Shown one piece after another: positions 28,423 to 31,111 of a stretch of DNA of 31,111 bases. The first letter of the stretch is position 1. The number at the start of each line of letters is the position of its first letter. The translations under genes and the position numbers were made by a program. Source of the DNA: a virus; IMG/VR virus record IMGVR_UViG_3300010287_000003; one strand, given 5' to 3'. Below the pieces are notes generated by a model, which was given only the letters and a program-made list of their open reading frames with translations, had not been told where the DNA came from and ran no database searches.

Positions 28423-28824
28423 ATGGCCCCGCGGCGGCAATGGACCGACGAAGAAAAGGCGGAGATTCTGGCCGCGCTGGACGCCAATCAAGGCAACGTC
28501 AAGCGGACGGCCCGGCAGTGTGGCGTGCCGATCAGCACGCTGCGCGGCTGGGTGAAAGGCCGGGGAACCAACGCCGGAGTGGCGAAGTTGCGCCCCGAAA
28601 AAAAGGGCGACCTGGCCGACGCGCTGGAAGAAATCGCCTGGAAGATTGTGGAGCTGCTGCCGGACAAGCTGGAGACGGCGGAAGTGCGGGAACTGGCAAC
28701 GCTGCTGGGCGTGTCGCTGGACAAGCTGCTGGTGCTGCGCGGCAAGGCGAACAACCGGACCGAGGTCAGCGGCGTGCAGATTTACGTCCCCGACAACGGG
28801 CGGCAGAGTAACCAGGTGGCATGA
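28423..28824 (+). CDS. terS: Terminase small subunit (HTH type)
   Basis: 133 aa. N-terminal HTH (QGNVKRTARQCGVPISTLRGWVKG). ATGA overlap with the large terminase. Confidence 0.7.
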   Translation: MAPRRQWTDEEKAEILAALDANQGNVKRTARQCGVPISTLRGWVKGRGTNAGVAKLRPEKKGDLADALEEIAWKIVELLPDKLETAEVRELATLLGVSLDKLLVLRGKANNRTEVSGVQIYVPDNGRQSNQVA

Positions 28825-30284
28825 CAGAGATCCGGCCCCAGGCGGCGCAGGAACGGTTCTTAGCGTCGCCGGCTGATATTGTGATTTACGGCGGGGCGGC
28901 TGGCGGCGGCAAGACGTGGTCACTGCTGGTCGAACCGGTCAGGCACATTAACAACCCGGCCTTTCGCGCGGTGCTGTTCCGGCGGGCATACCCGCAGATC
29001 ATCAATCCGGGTGGGATGCACGACGAAGCGCAGAAGCTGTACCCGCTGCTGGGCGGCTCGGCGACACAGCCATCCAGCGGGATTACGTGGACGTTTCCTA
29101 GCGGGGCGGTGGTGCGGTTCGCGCACCTGCAGCACGACAAGTCGGTCTACGACTGGCAGGGCGCGCAGATTCCGCTCATCGGCTTTGACGAGCTGACGCA
29201 CTTCAGCGAGGCGCAGTTCTGGTACATGCTGAGCCGCAACCGCTCATTATCCGGCGTTCGCCCATATGTTCGGGCGACGACGAACCCGGAGCCGAACTGG
29301 GTGGCGCGGCTGCTGGACTGGTGGATCGGCGAGGACGGCTACGCGATTCCGGAGCGGGGCGGGCATATCCGTTGGTTCGTGCGCTTCGGCGGCGAGCTGG
29401 TGTGGGCCGACAGTCCGGACGAGCTGACGAGCAAGTATCGCGGGGTCGAGCCAAAGAGCCTGACGTTTATCCCGGCGCGGCTCGAAGACAACCGCGTGCT
29501 GATGGACCGCGATCCCGGTTACCTGGCGAACCTGCTGGCGCTGCCGCTGGTCGAACGCGAGCGACTGCTCGGCGGTAACTGGAAGATCCAGCCGAGCGGC
29601 GGAAAGGTGTTCAACCGGGGCTGGTTCGAGATCGTGGCGCCCCAGGATGTGCCGCGCGGCGGCGTGGAGTGCCGGTTTTGGGACCTGGCCGCGACGGAGA
29701 AGAAGCTGAAAGGCAACGATCCGGACTTTTCGGCGGGCGTGAAGGTTCGCAAGGTAGAGGACCGGTACTACGTGATGGACTGCATCGCCGTCCAGGCCGG
29801 GCCGGCGGAAGTGGACCGGCTGATCATCAGCACGGCGCTACGCGACAGCGAGCAGGCGCGGCGCAGCGGGACGCGATACATGGTCCGCTGGGAGACGGAG
29901 CCGGGCAGCGCTGGGAAGCGTGAGACAAGCCGCCTGGTGAAGATGCTGGACGGCTACGACGCAAAGGGCGAGAGGCCGACCGGTGACAAGCTGACACGGG
30001 CGAAGGCGCTGAGCGCGCAAAGCGAACAAGGGTTCGTATTGCTGGTGGCCGGGGCGTGGAACGAGGGCTGGCTGACGCACATGCACCACCAACCGGACTG
30101 GGACCATGACGACATTATGGACGCGAGCAGCGGGGCGTATAACGCGCTGGTCAATCCGGGTGCGGAGTCGGGTTTTGTGGACTGGTACGGCGAGGCGCCG
30201 GAGCCGGTGGAGATCGAACCGGTGCGCGCAGACGACGAGATCGCCGATATGTTAGCGCGCTACGAGGCGGAGATAGATGGCTGA
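28821..30284 (+). CDS. terL: Terminase large subunit
   Basis: 487 aa. Walker A YGGAAGGGKTW, Walker B LIGFDELTHF and a C-terminal nuclease-like half. Followed by the portal gene. Confidence 0.9.
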   Translation: MTEIRPQAAQERFLASPADIVIYGGAAGGGKTWSLLVEPVRHINNPAFRAVLFRRAYPQIINPGGMHDEAQKLYPLLGGSATQPSSGITWTFPSGAVVRFAHLQHDKSVYDWQGAQIPLIGFDELTHFSEAQFWYMLSRNRSLSGVRPYVRATTNPEPNWVARLLDWWIGEDGYAIPERGGHIRWFVRFGGELVWADSPDELTSKYRGVEPKSLTFIPARLEDNRVLMDRDPGYLANLLALPLVERERLLGGNWKIQPSGGKVFNRGWFEIVAPQDVPRGGVECRFWDLAATEKKLKGNDPDFSAGVKVRKVEDRYYVMDCIAVQAGPAEVDRLIISTALRDSEQARRSGTRYMVRWETEPGSAGKRETSRLVKMLDGYDAKGERPTGDKLTRAKALSAQSEQGFVLLVAGAWNEGWLTHMHHQPDWDHDDIMDASSGAYNALVNPGAESGFVDWYGEAPEPVEIEPVRADDEIADMLARYEAEIDG

Positions 30285-31111
30285 GATTAAGAGCCTGTTC
30301 GACCGCGATGAATTTAAGCCGTTCAAGGCGCAGTGGGACAGGCGACAAACCGAACTGGCGCGCCGCTACGACTATTACACCGGCGACGTCTACAACCGGC
30401 ACAAGTACCGCTTTGGCTGGTGGCTGGGGCAGCGGCTGTATCGCGGCATTCGCCCGCTGTTTCTGCCGTTCGCGCGGGCGGTGGACGTGGACGCCGGGAT
30501 CATCCCCGGCGGGTGGGCGTTTAAGCAGGAAGCGCCGGACGCCTGGCGGACAGCCCGCAAACAACTGTTCGCCTGGTCGGAGTGGGCGACGCAAGGCGTG
30601 CTGTACGTGCATTACGGGGCGATCTTCGGCGTGAGCGGGCTGAAGGTGGCCGACCTGCGCGAAGAGAAGAAGGTCGTGATCGCGCCGGTCGATCCGCGCA
30701 AGTTCATGCTGGTGCGCGGGAGCGGCTACAGCCAAGCGCCGATGATGGCGATCACGATTGAGCAGCGCGAGGGGGCGGACGGCAAGCCTTACGAGTACGG
30801 CGAGGTGATCACGCCGGACAGCATCACGACCTTCCGCAACGGCCAGCCGGAAGGCTTCGAGAACCGTCCGGAGAGCTATCCGAACGCGCTGGGCGCGGTG
30901 CCCTATATCGAAGTGCGGCACATCGAAACGGGCGAGGACCTGGGCGAGTGCACGTTCCAGAAGCCGATGTTGATTTTGGACGAGCTGAACGAACTGGGTA
31001 GCTATCTGGCCGACATTATCAAGAAGCATGCCGAGCCGCAGACGGCCATCTCCGGCGCCGCCAAGAGCGACCTGAAGAAGGGCGATAACGTGTGGTTTCT
31101 GCCCGAGGGCG
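30277..31111 (+). CDS. Portal protein, N-terminal part (runs off the window end; continues at base 1..626 through the overlap)
   Basis: ATG 30277 overlaps the terL stop (30282-30284). The frame is open to the last base. It is not in the ORF track because it has no stop inside the window. Confidence 0.85.
   Translation, partial: MAEIKSLFDRDEFKPFKAQWDRRQTELARRYDYYTGDVYNRHKYRFGWWLGQRLYRGIRPLFLPFARAVDVDAGIIPGGWAFKQEAPDAWRTARKQLFAWSEWATQGVLYVHYGAIFGVSGLKVADLREEKKVVIAPVDPRKFMLVRGSGYSQAPMMAITIEQREGADGKPYEYGEVITPDSITTFRNGQPEGFENRPESYPNALGAVPYIEVRHIETGEDLGECTFQKPMLILDELNELGSYLADIIKKHAEPQTAISGAAKSDLKKGDNVWFLPEG

Noticed and set aside
28006-28923. 305-aa reverse-strand ORF spanning the leader and terS.
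   Set aside because: It is antisense to terS and the terL start, has a Pro/Arg/Gly-rich translation and has no RBS. The region is better explained as non-coding leader plus terS.
30989-31111. Terminal 123-bp repeat as a genuine phage direct terminal repeat or as LTR-like ends of a mobile element.
   Set aside because: It falls in the middle of the portal ORF, which is intact only on the joined circle. The simplest explanation is circular assembly overlap or permutation.

Overview
The window is one complete, end-overlapping copy of a GC-rich (about two-thirds G+C by eye), ~31-kb temperate siphovirus-type phage or phage-plasmid genome. Bases 1-123 are identical to 30989-31111 (unit length 30,988 bp), and the portal gene is intact only across that junction. 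Divergent early promoters lie at about 20.35-20.6 kb. Rightward gene order on the circle: XRE-type regulator, secreted protein, a tRNA-fragment attP with a reverse-strand tyrosine integrase, an iteron-containing replication initiator, a ParA-like ATPase, a ParB-like protein, small proteins, an HNH endonuclease and a small wHTH protein. These are followed by a ~590-nt structured non-coding leader, TerS, TerL, portal, Mu F/gp7-like head protein, scaffold, major capsid, neck proteins, major tail protein, a frameshifted chaperone pair, tape measure, tail-tip/fibre genes and a lysis cassette ending at 16328. Leftward (20351 down to 16392) lie an operon of unknown proteins, a 728-aa multi-winged-helix ParB-like protein and an Excalibur-domain moron. 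The most unusual signal is five dispersed, perfectly conserved copies of a 21-bp AT-rich palindrome (ATCTGATAAC[G/C]GTTATCAGAT). Two copies sit in hairpin-palindrome-RBS modules after the capsid and major-tail genes. Three are embedded in ORFs (both ParB-like genes and the lysin candidate), always translated as S-D-N-G-Y-Q and always with the same polarity relative to transcription. I read them as candidate genome-wide binding sites (dispersed centromere or KorB/stoperator-like operators) for the element's unusual ParA/ParB-like machinery. Other notable points are listed here. (1) A lambda-O-like origin (six iterons plus an AT-rich tract) lies inside the initiator gene, whose C-terminus resembles DnaA domain I. 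(2) ParA has Arg in place of the Walker A lysine. (3) The tail chaperone frameshift is +1/-2 rather than -1. (4) A promoter-leader-terminator unit sits upstream of terS. (5) The lysin is atypical. All functional calls rest on motif recognition and synteny only; no database search was possible.
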